This document shows, one piece after another, positions 10,398-21,986 of a stretch of 64,000 nt of DNA. The notes under the pieces are model-generated. The model had not been told where the DNA came from, did not search any database, and worked only from the letters and a program-made list of their open reading frames with translations. How positions within the stretch are numbered: position 1 is the first letter of the stretch; each line of letters starts with the position of its first letter. The stretch is from the NCBI GenBank assembly GCA_000146045.2, contig BK006946.2, positions 64,001 to 128,000 on the forward strand, given 5' to 3'. The position numbers were made by a program, and so were the translations under genes. Source of the DNA: TPA_inf: Saccharomyces. Taxonomy: Eukaryota.

Positions 10398-13040
10398 TTA
10401 TGATAGCATCAGATTCATTTCCCAATCTTTATAAACAGAATACCAATTATCGCCCGGCTCATCCTCTTTCCGTCGCCTCCAAACTTCCAACATTACTTGC
10501 CTGGCTCCCCAATAGGAGCCCACTCCACTTTCAGCTAATTTGGCTGCCCATCTTCTAAACTCTTGCTGTCTGTTTTCATCTGTGCAAGCACATCCTGCCA
10601 TGAAACCTTGCCAAATTAAAGGGACAATTTTCACTTTTTTTTGATCCACCAATTCTTCCATTGCATTTAAGTGATCTAATACTTTGGCAACATAGTTTTG
10701 TAGAAATTGGCAATTTAAACTTCTTGCCATTGTAAAATAATAAATAATTAAACTGAAATAAAAGCTCATTGTATGGTGATATAGTGCTTCAGCCGTTGAG
10801 TTTATGAAGCTTTTTCCCTCCGAATTTTCTTGATGGAAGTTCCATTCTGATTTCCATTTCAATAATCTTTTTTCGAAATTTAACGAGAGTTCATTAAATT
10901 TTCGGGGTACAGGTAGGTAAGTTAAATTATAATATTCATTATGTCTCACTATCCTAACACAGTCTGAAAATAGTAATATTAATGAATTAGGCAATCCATA
11001 GAGTGAATCTGTACCAATTATGTTTTCATCAGTCTTCGATACTAGCTTAGATATATCAGATTTATTATAGTAACTTTCTGTTGCTATGTTGGTAAAAATT
11101 GGAGGAGTGGTCGAAGATGGAGTAGAGTCAGCGGATACGTTTGTGATAGGCTCCTTAACGAATTCAATATGTATTTTGCCGTCATTTTCATTGAGTGCCT
11201 CTCTAAATAAACCTTCCTGCACAACGTCAACTCTTGGCTCACTGCTACTGGTAGTAGCGTTAGATGTATCTAATGGTTTGTAATTATCATCTTCTTCACT
11301 TGGTAAAATAACAATTTCCTTTGCCCTGACTTTATCCAACGCAGTGCTATCTTGAATTAACTTCAGAAACGAGAAAATCCTGTGTAAGGTTTTTGTCTTT
11401 TCAGAAATATTAGGTCTTAGTTTCATTCTTGACTCAACGAAGTCTTCACAAAGAGCCAAGTGATCCTGGCAATCTGCCATCGTCCCCCATACAACATCAA
11501 TAGAGTTCATAGATAAGATCGCAGTTAGTACGTCTTTATATTTCTCAGGTATGCTTGATTTTGTGTTCAAACATAATCTTAGAAAGTTCGAGGCTTGATT
11601 TCTCAATTCGATACCTAGGCCCAGAAAGTATTTTTGTAGTTTGTAGTTCCTTGGGTACTTGCTTTGCAAGTGGAAGCAAGAGACAGCAAGAAGAGCATTC
11701 AACAACGCATTCCTCGAGTTGGAGGATTGTCCCAAACCCGCTAAATCGCCTAATGCCATCAAGGCTCTGGGGAAGTATAATGTTTTCCATGGGTTCTTTT
11801 CGAGCACGACCACTGTCATTTTATCTGCAACATTATTAAAATAATGATTTAAAAGAAATCTCGCTAAACCATGTACGGTAAGGTCTGTTTTGGGTATAAT
11901 ATCTACCAATTCAGGTGGTAGGTCACTGGAATAGGATGTGAGTTCTAACATGGACTTAGGCATGCGTGATTCTTCATTTGGAGGAGCTAGAGTTATTTTA
12001 TTCAGATCAGATGCGGGCAGAGATCTTGGTTCAATATTGACGAACACATCGTCGATCAATGCTTGAGGGTCTGGTTCCTCACTGTTCGAAGAGTTTTTCT
12101 GGAAGAGTAACTTCAAGTTTTGCTGGTAAAGTTTATCATTGGCACTGGCTGCTTTATTAGGTAAAGTTGATGAACCTTGATTATCAGCCTCAAAGGCACA
12201 TCCATGTTCTTTGGCATTCACATGCTCTTCCCCACTCACGACATTAGAGTTTTCCTCTAATGAGATTTCTTGTGGCTGTGTGTGTCCTAAGTGATGTCCC
12301 TGTAAGGTCACCGCTGACAATAATGCATCATCTCTGAGTTCACTCGAGATCCATTCGTAACCTGTTATATTCAGATTGTTCCAGTCATAATCTAAAAGAT
12401 TTGGTGTTGGTGGAACACCATCATTAGCAGAGAGAATACCTGTCTTTACATGCCCTTTATTTCTCAACTTGTCTTCAATATGTCTAATTGGAAAGGAAAT
12501 AGTTGAAGAAGATGGTAAAGAAGATAACGAAATAGAAGCTGAGCTCTCCAAGCTTTTGGCAACTCTTTTCCTATTGCGCTTCTTCCTTGGAGCGTACTGC
12601 TTGTCGATCTTATCTGTTCCTTTAAACACCCCAAATTTCTTTATGATCCACGTCTTGTTATCGCTTATTTTCTCAATTGGGGGAGTATGCAGCATTGTTA
12701 GCTCATCATCCATATCTTCATGATACACGTATTCTTCATCATAGCGCACAAAATCGATGTTCCGTCGTTGGTATTGTGGTTCATCGACACTACCTGATAA
12801 GTTCGTAGTAGTTGCAGGAGAATTTTGTGGGATTGGGACACCGTACGGGTCAAATTGCATAGGCTTAGACCACCGGAGTTTGATATCATAACCGCCACAA
12901 GGCAAATTAGACTTTTCACATCGTTGGCAGTGGGGATGCCGAAGATCACACTTAACTTTTCTTCCTCTGCACGTCCAACACCCAGTAAACGTCTTTGCCC
13001 TTCCCATTTTTTTAGGGCCATTCTTGCTGGAAATTCCCAT
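10398..13040 (-). CDS. ARG81: Zn2Cys6 binuclear-cluster transcription factor of the arginine regulon (ArgR-Mcm1 complex), 880 aa.
   Basis: N-terminal CWTCRGRKVKCDLRHPHCQRCEKSNLPC zinc cluster and a C-terminal fungal transcription-factor middle homology region. The 880-aa length matches YML099C. Confidence 0.9.
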   Translation of the reverse strand: MGISSKNGPKKMGRAKTFTGCWTCRGRKVKCDLRHPHCQRCEKSNLPCGGYDIKLRWSKPMQFDPYGVPIPQNSPATTTNLSGSVDEPQYQRRNIDFVRYDEEYVYHEDMDDELTMLHTPPIEKISDNKTWIIKKFGVFKGTDKIDKQYAPRKKRNRKRVAKSLESSASISLSSLPSSSTISFPIRHIEDKLRNKGHVKTGILSANDGVPPTPNLLDYDWNNLNITGYEWISSELRDDALLSAVTLQGHHLGHTQPQEISLEENSNVVSGEEHVNAKEHGCAFEADNQGSSTLPNKAASANDKLYQQNLKLLFQKNSSNSEEPDPQALIDDVFVNIEPRSLPASDLNKITLAPPNEESRMPKSMLELTSYSSDLPPELVDIIPKTDLTVHGLARFLLNHYFNNVADKMTVVVLEKNPWKTLYFPRALMALGDLAGLGQSSNSRNALLNALLAVSCFHLQSKYPRNYKLQKYFLGLGIELRNQASNFLRLCLNTKSSIPEKYKDVLTAILSMNSIDVVWGTMADCQDHLALCEDFVESRMKLRPNISEKTKTLHRIFSFLKLIQDSTALDKVRAKEIVILPSEEDDNYKPLDTSNATTSSSEPRVDVVQEGLFREALNENDGKIHIEFVKEPITNVSADSTPSSTTPPIFTNIATESYYNKSDISKLVSKTDENIIGTDSLYGLPNSLILLFSDCVRIVRHNEYYNLTYLPVPRKFNELSLNFEKRLLKWKSEWNFHQENSEGKSFINSTAEALYHHTMSFYFSLIIYYFTMARSLNCQFLQNYVAKVLDHLNAMEELVDQKKVKIVPLIWQGFMAGCACTDENRQQEFRRWAAKLAESGVGSYWGARQVMLEVWRRRKEDEPGDNWYSVYKDWEMNLMLS

Positions 13041-13266
13041 TATATCTGCAACTTAAAATTTTCGAGGTACTGATATCGGTAACTATTGCCCACTAAAGCA
13101 TCAAATCTAAAAGAGATGCTTTTCGCAAGGTGTATTTTTTTTTCATTTATTTTTGAGTTCTAGCGGAAACCGCAGGCGAAGAGTCATTGATAACAAAGAA
13201 GGTTCATCAACAACTGCAACATGAAATCCAAAAGGTAACGGCAGGCGAGGGTGAGCTGGATAAGAT

Positions 13267-13770
13267 ATGTCTAGGAAGCTGAAAAAAACGAATCTGTTTA
13301 ACAAGGATGTAAGTTCCTTGCTTTACGCTTACGGCGATGTGCCGCAGCCACTACAAGCTACTGTGCAGTGTTTGGATGAATTGGTATCTGGATATTTGGT
13401 GGATGTTTGTACTAACGCATTCCATACAGCCCAGAATTCTCAGCGCAATAAGCTCCGATTGGAAGATTTCAAGTTTGCCCTCCGTAAAGACCCGATAAAG
13501 CTTGGGAGAGCAGAAGAACTGATAGCTACTAATAAGTTGATTACGGAAGCTAAGAAGCAGTTCAATGAGACAGACAATCAAAATTCATTAAAGAGGTACA
13601 GAGAAGAGGATGAAGAGGGTGACGAGATGGAAGAGGATGAGGATGAGCAGCAGGTGACGGATGATGATGAGGAAGCAGCGGGCCGTAATAGCGCTAAACA
13701 ATCAACAGATTCGAAGGCAACAAAGATTAGGAAGCAGGGGCCTAAAAACCTCAAGAAAACAAAAAAATGA
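13267..13770 (+). CDS. TAF13: TFIID subunit Taf13 (histone-fold), 167 aa.
   Basis: 167-aa ORF with a histone-fold region (LLYAYGDVPQPLQATVQCLDELVSGYLVDVC) and an acidic tail. The length matches YML098W. Confidence 0.88.
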   Translation: MSRKLKKTNLFNKDVSSLLYAYGDVPQPLQATVQCLDELVSGYLVDVCTNAFHTAQNSQRNKLRLEDFKFALRKDPIKLGRAEELIATNKLITEAKKQFNETDNQNSLKRYREEDEEGDEMEEDEDEQQVTDDDEEAAGRNSAKQSTDSKATKIRKQGPKNLKKTKK

Positions 13771-14334
13771 TATAGCTACTTGGCAGGCCCGTTTACGTAG
13801 GCTTGATTCAGATATACGTAGTACATATGTCCCTTTGATTTATTAATTAGGCGTTTGCTCTATAAAAGGGGTTTTGAGTTTGCGTTGGTGCTGAACAAAA
13901 ACACTTGTCATTACAATGGCACAATTTTGAATGCATTGTTTTCTTATTTATATATTTTTCCAAGTAAAATCTTAGGATTCAACTGGTACATTTATTCTTT
14001 TAGATTCAAAAACCCTGCTACATTAGTAACGGCAAACTCCTCCCTCTGATAGTTGTGTTGCAATACTCAGCTGTCAGCATTGGATAGTTAAGATGTATTG
14101 TTAAGTCACCGCCTGAAACAGCAACTTAAGCTCCCTTCTGTGCTTAGGAAGGTACGTGCGCCTCCTAACCCATCTATTATTTGATTCTAAGTCACAACGA
14201 GCCTGTACTAACGAGTTTTAGAAGCGATCGTTATCAGTAAAAAATGTCTCCTGCGGTAAGTTATTTTTACTATTATATTTTTACAAATACATATTGCTAG
14301 GCTACTCTATACATGAAATATGTGCATGAGATCA

Positions 14335-15690
14335 TTATTCTGACAGAGAAAGTAGAGCATCAACACAGGGCCCAATACGCGATTTTTTAGCAATACAAAC
14401 ATCCTCTATCAGGCTTGGGTCCATATCTGGAAACATATTCTGTAATGTGTTCAACGTGTCCTTTCGTTCGTTCTCTTCAATTTTCTTAATTAACGAAGAA
14501 ACGTCTTCTTCTTTATTGCTCTGTTCAGATTTCAATGCCTCTTCTTGTGTGGGCTCTCCAATTGGAGAAAACAGTTCATTGAATTTAGAAATTACAATAT
14601 TGGTAACTTCGTCTAAGGGTTTCAGTAAAGTGCCGTTTGGCTGTAACTCATCCGGAATCTCTAGTTGTTTTTTCTTCTCTTCTTCCTCTTTTTCTTCTGC
14701 TAGTTGTTTAAAATTTCTTTGGTATGCCTCTTCAAAATCTTCGTGATCTTCGATAGTTAAAGAACGTTCAGTCAAGTTCATAATGAAGTTAAGAGCAGCC
14801 TGAAGACTGCTCAAGTAATATTCCTCTTCGCCCCGAATGAAGTCTGGTGATCTGAATCTTTCGATGTAGTTCACATTCGAAACTAGATATCGTACTTGTC
14901 CTTTCAAAATACAGTATATTAGCACAGGTATAAAGCTGTCAGCGCCATTTTGTTCCAACTTGGTATGTTTTAGTAAACCAAATATAACCTTGCTTGCATT
15001 CAAAACGCAAACCATCTTGTCCCTTGGTGACTTAAACCTATTTATTTTGCCCAACTCTTTACTGGCCAAATGGACAAACTTATTCAGCCTGGCATTCGGC
15101 ATAGTATCAGGAATATCTAACATAATGGGGCTTATGAATCTATAATGCCTAATCTTTTCTAGTAATGTGTCATCGTTGGTTAAATCTTTCATATGCTCAT
15201 CGTCTAATGGTTTCTGCAGAATTTCATAAAGACTTGGTGAAAAACAGCGAGAATATAGTTTCCCCATTATTAACTTTTCCATACCTTCCTTGGCATTTCT
15301 CATCTTGGAATTGTCAAGACTTCGGAAAGGCTCGTAAAGAGTGAATTTATCGTAAATGAAGGTCTTAAAGTCACTGATGAGTTTTATTTCTTCGCTGACC
15401 GTCCATAGAAGTCTTTGCGCCAAGAAGTTACGTAAGAATGATTTCGTATATTTAACCAGAGGATCTGCACCAGGAGTCTGAAGCTGCTTAATGAATATTT
15501 GAAAGTCATAAAATGGCTCCTCATCTCCTTTGTCCTGCGCGGATATGTCCCTATTAGTTTCTTCTGCCGCTGCCCTATTAGGATCATCCTTTTTAAACTT
15601 CACATCTTTATCTGGGTTGCCATTTGCCTGTTCCAATTGGCTGAAAGGATCAAATTCTTTCAATATCTCCCTCTTTTCATCATCAGTCAT
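14335..15690 (-). CDS. VPS9: Vps21/Rab5 guanine-nucleotide exchange factor with a VPS9 domain and a C-terminal CUE domain. The annotated protein is 451 aa and starts at the internal [10 protein letters not shown] methionine; the open frame extends 15 codons further to 15735.
   Basis: The ORF ends in a CUE motif ([25 protein letters not shown]) and has a central VPS9 catalytic domain. The 451-aa length is recalled for YML097C. Confidence 0.85.
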
Positions 15691-15908
15691 GGCTGTTGAT
15701 TCCTGTTCTTTGTTGTTTGATGAAGAGAAACTCAAGCCCGTTGGATGTAGAACTTTTCAATGTTATGTGTCATTACATCAAGTACCGGCAGCTTGATATA
15801 GCCCATTCGCGAAAAAAATAATAAAAAAGAAAGAAAAGTGAAAAATATTAAGGCATCGGAAAGTTCCAGATTTAGTAAAGCCTTGAGCATCTGGCATTAC
15901 TATGAGAC

Positions 15909-17486
15909 ATGTGCGGGATTCTATTGCATTATTGTCCAAACAATAACTACCTGAATGATGAGTTAATCGAATTTCCAGAAGGAACTGAATTTGGAGATAC
16001 AACATGTACCAATGAATCGTCGATTTTCAACAAAATCATTCCGTACATAGCCGCAAGAGGTCCAAACTACTCCTCTCTTCGAGCTGTCAAAGCTTATCGA
16101 ATAAGTTGGTTTTCTTCTGTTTTATCTTTGAGGCAGCCTTTCACGAAACAGAGTATTAACGTGGATGACAGATATTTCCTACAATTCAATGGTGAGTTAT
16201 ACAATAAAGAGATATCGCAGGGTGATAATGATAGTCTTTATATTGCTTCTATGTTGCAGAATTTGAAAGAGGGTATGGGCGTTATTGATGTTATAAAATC
16301 ACTGGAAGGCGAGTATGCTTATACTATATATGACGTGAACTCATCCAAACTCTATTTCGGCAGAGATCCAATTGGCAGGCGAAGTTTGTCTTATTCGGTC
16401 ACTCCAGACAACGAATTGTACGTCGCTAGTGTAACGGGGTCTGCTGGGTCCTTTCAAGATTGTATAGGTGGAGTTATTTATGAATATGATACACGAACTA
16501 AGTTGTTAAATTCCAATCAGAGGTCACATCTTCCATACGAAGTGACATCAGAGATAGATCTGAATTTCACATCATTGTCAGAGGTGTCTAAAAATTTATA
16601 TGCTGTGCTACGTGATTCTGTAAAAAAAAGGGTAGAGTCCATACATCCCAGGCATATTGAAAACTCTCCTATTGCGGTACTATTCTCAGGAGGAATTGAT
16701 TGTTCAGTAATAGTAGCGTTGATCTGCGAGGTGTTGCAAGAAAATGATTATAAATGTGGAAAACCAGTTATAGAGCTTCTAAATGTATCCTTCGAAAACC
16801 CCAGGACTGGTCTTTTTCCCAGTGATACACCTGATAGAAAACTGTCCATTAACAGTGCAAAGACTTTACAAAACTTATATCCTAATGTTGATATCAAACT
16901 GGTTGAAGTTGACGTTCCTTATGATGAGTATTTAAAATGGAAGCCATTTGTTATCAATTTAATGTATCCTAAACAGACTGAAATGGACTTGTCTATAGCC
17001 ATTGCTTTTTTTTTTGCGTCGAGAGGTAGAGGTTTCTTAACTTCTCTGAATGGGGAAAGAACGCCATATCAGCGCCATGGGATAGTGTTATTCAGCGGAC
17101 TGGGAGCAGACGAACTCTACGGTGGATATCACAAGTTTGCCAACAAACCACCCCATGAACTTGTGGAGGAACTTACAAGGCAAATAAACAACATTTATGA
17201 TCGCAACCTGAATCGTGATGATAAAGTGATAGCTCATAATGGCGTGGAGGTGAGATACCCATTTTTAGATGAATATGTTATAAAGTTATCTACAGCAGAA
17301 ATTCCCATTAATTTCAAGGTTAACAAATTAATCCTTCGAAAAGTTGCCTCGCAGTATTTGAAGTTGGATGGAATATCATCAGAACCAAAAAGGGCCATTC
17401 AATTCGGTGCTAAAAGCGCTAAAATGACAAAGGATGGTAATAAGCATGGAACAGATTTATTAAAAGAAAATAGGAATTGTTCATAA
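15909..17486 (+). CDS. Asparagine synthase-like protein (class II glutamine amidotransferase N-terminus plus an AsnB-type synthetase domain), uncharacterised, 525 aa.
   Basis: It starts MCGILLHY, with Cys2 the nucleophile typical of Ntn amidotransferases, and has an SGGIDCS PP-loop motif. The length matches YML096W. Its stop codon overlaps RAD10. Confidence 0.83.
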   Translation: MCGILLHYCPNNNYLNDELIEFPEGTEFGDTTCTNESSIFNKIIPYIAARGPNYSSLRAVKAYRISWFSSVLSLRQPFTKQSINVDDRYFLQFNGELYNKEISQGDNDSLYIASMLQNLKEGMGVIDVIKSLEGEYAYTIYDVNSSKLYFGRDPIGRRSLSYSVTPDNELYVASVTGSAGSFQDCIGGVIYEYDTRTKLLNSNQRSHLPYEVTSEIDLNFTSLSEVSKNLYAVLRDSVKKRVESIHPRHIENSPIAVLFSGGIDCSVIVALICEVLQENDYKCGKPVIELLNVSFENPRTGLFPSDTPDRKLSINSAKTLQNLYPNVDIKLVEVDVPYDEYLKWKPFVINLMYPKQTEMDLSIAIAFFFASRGRGFLTSLNGERTPYQRHGIVLFSGLGADELYGGYHKFANKPPHELVEELTRQINNIYDRNLNRDDKVIAHNGVEVRYPFLDEYVIKLSTAEIPINFKVNKLILRKVASQYLKLDGISSEPKRAIQFGAKSAKMTKDGNKHGTDLLKENRNCS

Positions 17487-18113
17487 ATTCAAATATTCAA
17501 TATATTTTGCAGCTTGTTCAAAATTAAATGCTAAAAGTAGAGTAAATCCGTTGAACATACATAGTTTTGTAATGTCATTAAGGGTATCTTCAGAGTTGTT
17601 ATCGTCTACTATGAATATCAGTATATTATTTTCGTTTCTAGATAAGGGCTGCATTCTCCTAGAGATATAATCGACATATAATTTGTGATAAGTCAAAGTT
17701 AAGAACAGTACACTTCTTCCACGAACTAGATAGTCGTAGTATATCATATTAATTCCTGTTGAAGATACATATCTCCAATTGGTGCTCTTTAAGTGGTTCA
17801 GGAGTGGATTTTCTTTTTGGGTAGTGTTCACTAGTACAGTTTTTCCCGGTCGAGTACTCCTGAAGGGTCTCTTTCGATTATAGTCATCTGTAGCCTTTGA
17901 GTCGGTCCATTCTTCCGGTTTTTGCTGATTGAAGGCGTTTATGACCTGGTTTGAATTTATGCGTCTTGATGTTTGCGGTTCCTGCTGCTGGAGTTTTGAT
18001 GCATCTATTTCTAACGATTGAGATCCAGTAGTATCTGCACCACTCTTTTCCTTTCTCAATTTGGCCACACCAGCCAATATACTTTCAAATGAAGTAGGAT
18101 CAGTATTGTTCAT
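17481..18113 (-). CDS. RAD10: Nucleotide-excision-repair endonuclease subunit (Rad1-Rad10, an ERCC1 homolog), 210 aa.
   Basis: 210-aa ORF with an ERCC1-like central domain. Length and position match YML095C. Its TGA stop (17481-17483, minus strand) lies inside the last codons of YML096W. Confidence 0.88.
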   Translation of the reverse strand: MNNTDPTSFESILAGVAKLRKEKSGADTTGSQSLEIDASKLQQQEPQTSRRINSNQVINAFNQQKPEEWTDSKATDDYNRKRPFRSTRPGKTVLVNTTQKENPLLNHLKSTNWRYVSSTGINMIYYDYLVRGRSVLFLTLTYHKLYVDYISRRMQPLSRNENNILIFIVDDNNSEDTLNDITKLCMFNGFTLLLAFNFEQAAKYIEYLNL

Positions 18114-18274
18114 CTTCTAGGATAACCAACTTTGTTTATGCCCTTTTTTGTGTTGCGTGGCTGTCTCATAAGTTACAATTTTCTTTTTTGTTCTAACGAT
18201 TTTAAATAGAAAAGTGTCTTAGATGAAAATCTTGCTGTGACCCAAACAAGAAAGAGCACTGTAAAAATCAAGCC

Positions 18275-18849
<575 letters not shown>

Positions 18850-18971
18850 GTAACTCTTTTGCTTTTCCTACGATTTTTCATATCTCATTTGTAGCCATCT
18901 GATATACGTTTATCTATATGCAACGTAATTTTTTATTTATCGTCACTTTGTAGTTTTCCGGAAAAGGCCAT

Positions 18972-19014
18972 TGAAAATTTTTCAAATTCCTATGGCGATG
19001 AGCTGAAAAAATTC
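18972..19014. promoter_or_regulatory. Ribosome-biogenesis regulon promoter motifs: an RRPE followed by a perfect PAC element, upstream of UTP14.
   Basis: TGAAAATTTTT at 18972-18982 is an RRPE. GCGATGAGCT at 18995-19004 is the PAC consensus, immediately followed by TGAAAAAATTC. These lie 75-120 bp upstream of the UTP14 ATG at 19090. Confidence 0.55.
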
Positions 19015-19089
19015 ATTAAGTGTGCATTCAATAACATCTTGTTATATACTAATAAAAGAGGCTTCAAGACAAAATAAGCTAACTTAAAT

Positions 19090-21789
19090 ATGGCAAAAAA
19101 GAAATCTAAGAGCAGATCCAAGAGTTCTAGAAGAGTTTTGGATGCTTTGCAACTTGCTGAGAGAGAAATTAATGGTGAATTCGATAACTCCAGCGACAAT
19201 GACAAAAGACATGATGCTCGTCGTAATGGTACAGTTGTCAACTTGTTAAAAAGGTCAAAAGGTGACACTAACAGTGATGAAGATGATATCGATTCTGAGT
19301 CGTTTGAAGATGAGGAGTTGAACTCTGATGAAGCGTTGGGCTCTGATGATGACTATGACATTTTGAATTCCAAATTCTCACAAACTATTCGTGACAAGAA
19401 GGAGAATGCAAACTACCAAGAAGAAGAGGATGAAGGTGGGTATACTTCCATTGATGAAGAAGATTTGATGCCACTGTCTCAAGTGTGGGACATGGATGAG
19501 AAAACCGCACAGAGTAACGGCAATGATGACGAAGACGCTTCTCCACAATTAAAATTGCAAGATACAGATATAAGTTCCGAATCAAGCAGTTCCGAAGAAA
19601 GCGAATCGGAATCTGAAGATGATGAAGAGGAAGAGGATCCCTTCGACGAAATATCTGAAGATGAAGAAGACATCGAATTGAATACAATTACCTCAAAACT
19701 GATTGATGAAACCAAAAGTAAAGCTCCAAAGAGACTAGATACGTATGGCTCAGGTGAGGCCAATGAGTATGTTTTGCCCTCTGCAAATGCAGCTAGTGGA
19801 GCTTCTGGGAAATTGAGTTTGACGGATATGATGAACGTTATTGATGACAGGCAAGTTATTGAAAACGCTAACTTGCTTAAGGGTAAGTCGTCGACGTATG
19901 AAGTTCCGCTACCACAACGTATCCAACAAAGACACGATCGTAAGGCAGCATACGAGATCTCTAGGCAAGAAGTGAGTAAGTGGAATGATATCGTCCAACA
20001 GAACAGAAGGGCTGATCATTTAATCTTCCCGCTGAACAAACCCACCGAACATAACCACGCCTCGGCTTTCACTAGAACTCAAGATGTTCCTCAAACAGAA
20101 TTACAGGAGAAGGTAGATCAAGTTCTTCAAGAGAGTAATTTAGCGAACCCAGAAAAAGACTCAAAGTTTGAAGAGTTGAGCACTGCTAAAATGACACCCG
20201 AGGAGATGAGAAAGAGGACTACCGAAATGAGATTGATGAGAGAATTGATGTTTAGAGAAGAAAGAAAAGCTAGGAGGTTGAAGAAAATAAAATCTAAGAC
20301 ATATCGTAAGATCAAGAAAAAGGAATTGATGAAAAATAGAGAGCTAGCTGCTGTTTCCAGCGACGAAGACAACGAAGATCATGATATCGCTAGGGCTAAA
20401 GAAAGAATGACTCTAAAACACAAGACAAATTCCAAGTGGGCTAAAGATATGATCAAACATGGTATGACAAATGACGCTGAAACCAGAGAAGAAATGGAAG
20501 AGATGCTAAGACAAGGTGAACGTTTAAAGGCAAAAATGTTGGATAGAAATTCTGATGATGAAGAGGATGGTCGTGTGCAAACATTAAGTGATGTTGAAAA
20601 TGAGGAGAAAGAGAATATAGACTCAGAAGCATTGAAGAGTAAATTGGGTAAAACTGGCGTAATGAATATGGCCTTTATGAAGAATGGTGAAGCTAGAGAA
20701 AGAGAGGCGAACAAAGAAACCTTACGTCAATTAAGGGCCGTTGAAAATGGTGATGATATTAAGCTCTTCGAAAGTGACGAGGAAGAGACGAATGGAGAGA
20801 ATATTCAAATAAATAAGGGCAGAAGAATATATACCCCAGGTTCCTTGGAATCCAACAAAGACATGAATGAACTAAATGACCACACTAGAAAAGAGAATAA
20901 AGTTGACGAATCAAGAAGTTTGGAAAACCGACTAAGGGCCAAGAATAGTGGGCAATCGAAAAATGCAAGAACTAACGCAGAAGGCGCAATAATTGTGGAG
21001 GAGGAAAGTGATGGTGAACCTCTTCAAGACGGTCAGAATAATCAACAGGATGAAGAAGCAAAAGATGTTAATCCTTGGTTAGCTAATGAAAGTGATGAAG
21101 AACACACTGTCAAGAAACAATCTTCCAAAGTTAACGTTATTGACAAAGACAGTTCTAAAAATGTTAAGGCCATGAACAAAATGGAGAAAGCTGAGCTAAA
21201 GCAAAAGAAAAAGAAGAAAGGTAAGTCAAACGATGATGAAGATCTCTTGTTGACGGCGGATGATTCTACACGGCTAAAGATAGTCGATCCATATGGTGGT
21301 TCTGATGACGAACAAGGGGATAATGTATTCATGTTCAAGCAGCAAGACGTCATTGCGGAAGCCTTTGCTGGCGACGACGTGGTAGCAGAATTTCAGGAGG
21401 AAAAGAAACGTGTCATTGATGATGAAGATGATAAAGAAGTTGATACCACTTTACCTGGTTGGGGTGAATGGGCCGGTGCAGGTTCTAAACCAAAAAATAA
21501 GAAGCGTAAATTCATCAAAAAGGTTAAGGGTGTTGTTAATAAAGACAAAAGAAGAGATAAGAATCTACAAAATGTGATCATAAATGAAAAAGTTAATAAG
21601 AAAAACTTGAAATACCAATCTTCAGCGGTACCATTCCCATTCGAAAATAGAGAACAATATGAAAGATCTTTACGTATGCCGATAGGTCAAGAATGGACAT
21701 CCAGAGCATCTCATCAAGAGCTTATCAAACCGAGAATCATGACTAAGCCAGGCCAAGTTATTGATCCTTTGAAGGCACCATTTAAGTAA
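19090..21789 (+). CDS. UTP14: SSU processome / U3 snoRNP component Utp14, 899 aa.
   Basis: 899-aa highly charged ORF with acidic Ser/Asp/Glu tracts and a basic C-terminus (KKRKFIKKVKGVVNKDKRRDK). The length matches YML093W. Confidence 0.9.
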   Translation: MAKKKSKSRSKSSRRVLDALQLAEREINGEFDNSSDNDKRHDARRNGTVVNLLKRSKGDTNSDEDDIDSESFEDEELNSDEALGSDDDYDILNSKFSQTIRDKKENANYQEEEDEGGYTSIDEEDLMPLSQVWDMDEKTAQSNGNDDEDASPQLKLQDTDISSESSSSEESESESEDDEEEEDPFDEISEDEEDIELNTITSKLIDETKSKAPKRLDTYGSGEANEYVLPSANAASGASGKLSLTDMMNVIDDRQVIENANLLKGKSSTYEVPLPQRIQQRHDRKAAYEISRQEVSKWNDIVQQNRRADHLIFPLNKPTEHNHASAFTRTQDVPQTELQEKVDQVLQESNLANPEKDSKFEELSTAKMTPEEMRKRTTEMRLMRELMFREERKARRLKKIKSKTYRKIKKKELMKNRELAAVSSDEDNEDHDIARAKERMTLKHKTNSKWAKDMIKHGMTNDAETREEMEEMLRQGERLKAKMLDRNSDDEEDGRVQTLSDVENEEKENIDSEALKSKLGKTGVMNMAFMKNGEAREREANKETLRQLRAVENGDDIKLFESDEEETNGENIQINKGRRIYTPGSLESNKDMNELNDHTRKENKVDESRSLENRLRAKNSGQSKNARTNAEGAIIVEEESDGEPLQDGQNNQQDEEAKDVNPWLANESDEEHTVKKQSSKVNVIDKDSSKNVKAMNKMEKAELKQKKKKKGKSNDDEDLLLTADDSTRLKIVDPYGGSDDEQGDNVFMFKQQDVIAEAFAGDDVVAEFQEEKKRVIDDEDDKEVDTTLPGWGEWAGAGSKPKNKKRKFIKKVKGVVNKDKRRDKNLQNVIINEKVNKKNLKYQSSAVPFPFENREQYERSLRMPIGQEWTSRASHQELIKPRIMTKPGQVIDPLKAPFK

Positions 21790-21986
21790 CTGATATTTAT
21801 TGGTGGTAAAAAAATGCATATGTGGCACATTCCACTTTTTATATCTATTTATTATGCATTGTGTAGAATAGTAATACTGGAATAATTAGAAAAAAATCAT
21901 TTAAAGGTTATGTAAGTTATATACACAATTGGCTTTCTTTTGGATAAGTTGAGTGAGATGGGTGATTGGCGGGGATAATTATAACA

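Noticed and set aside
14206-14262. Splice-like signals in the TAF13-VPS9 3' intergenic region: TACTAAC, TTTTAG, then ATG TCT CCT GCG followed by GTAAGT.
   Set aside because: There is no downstream open frame or recognisable exon. TACTAAC and GTAAGT are each expected several times by chance in 64 kb. It is most likely coincidental.
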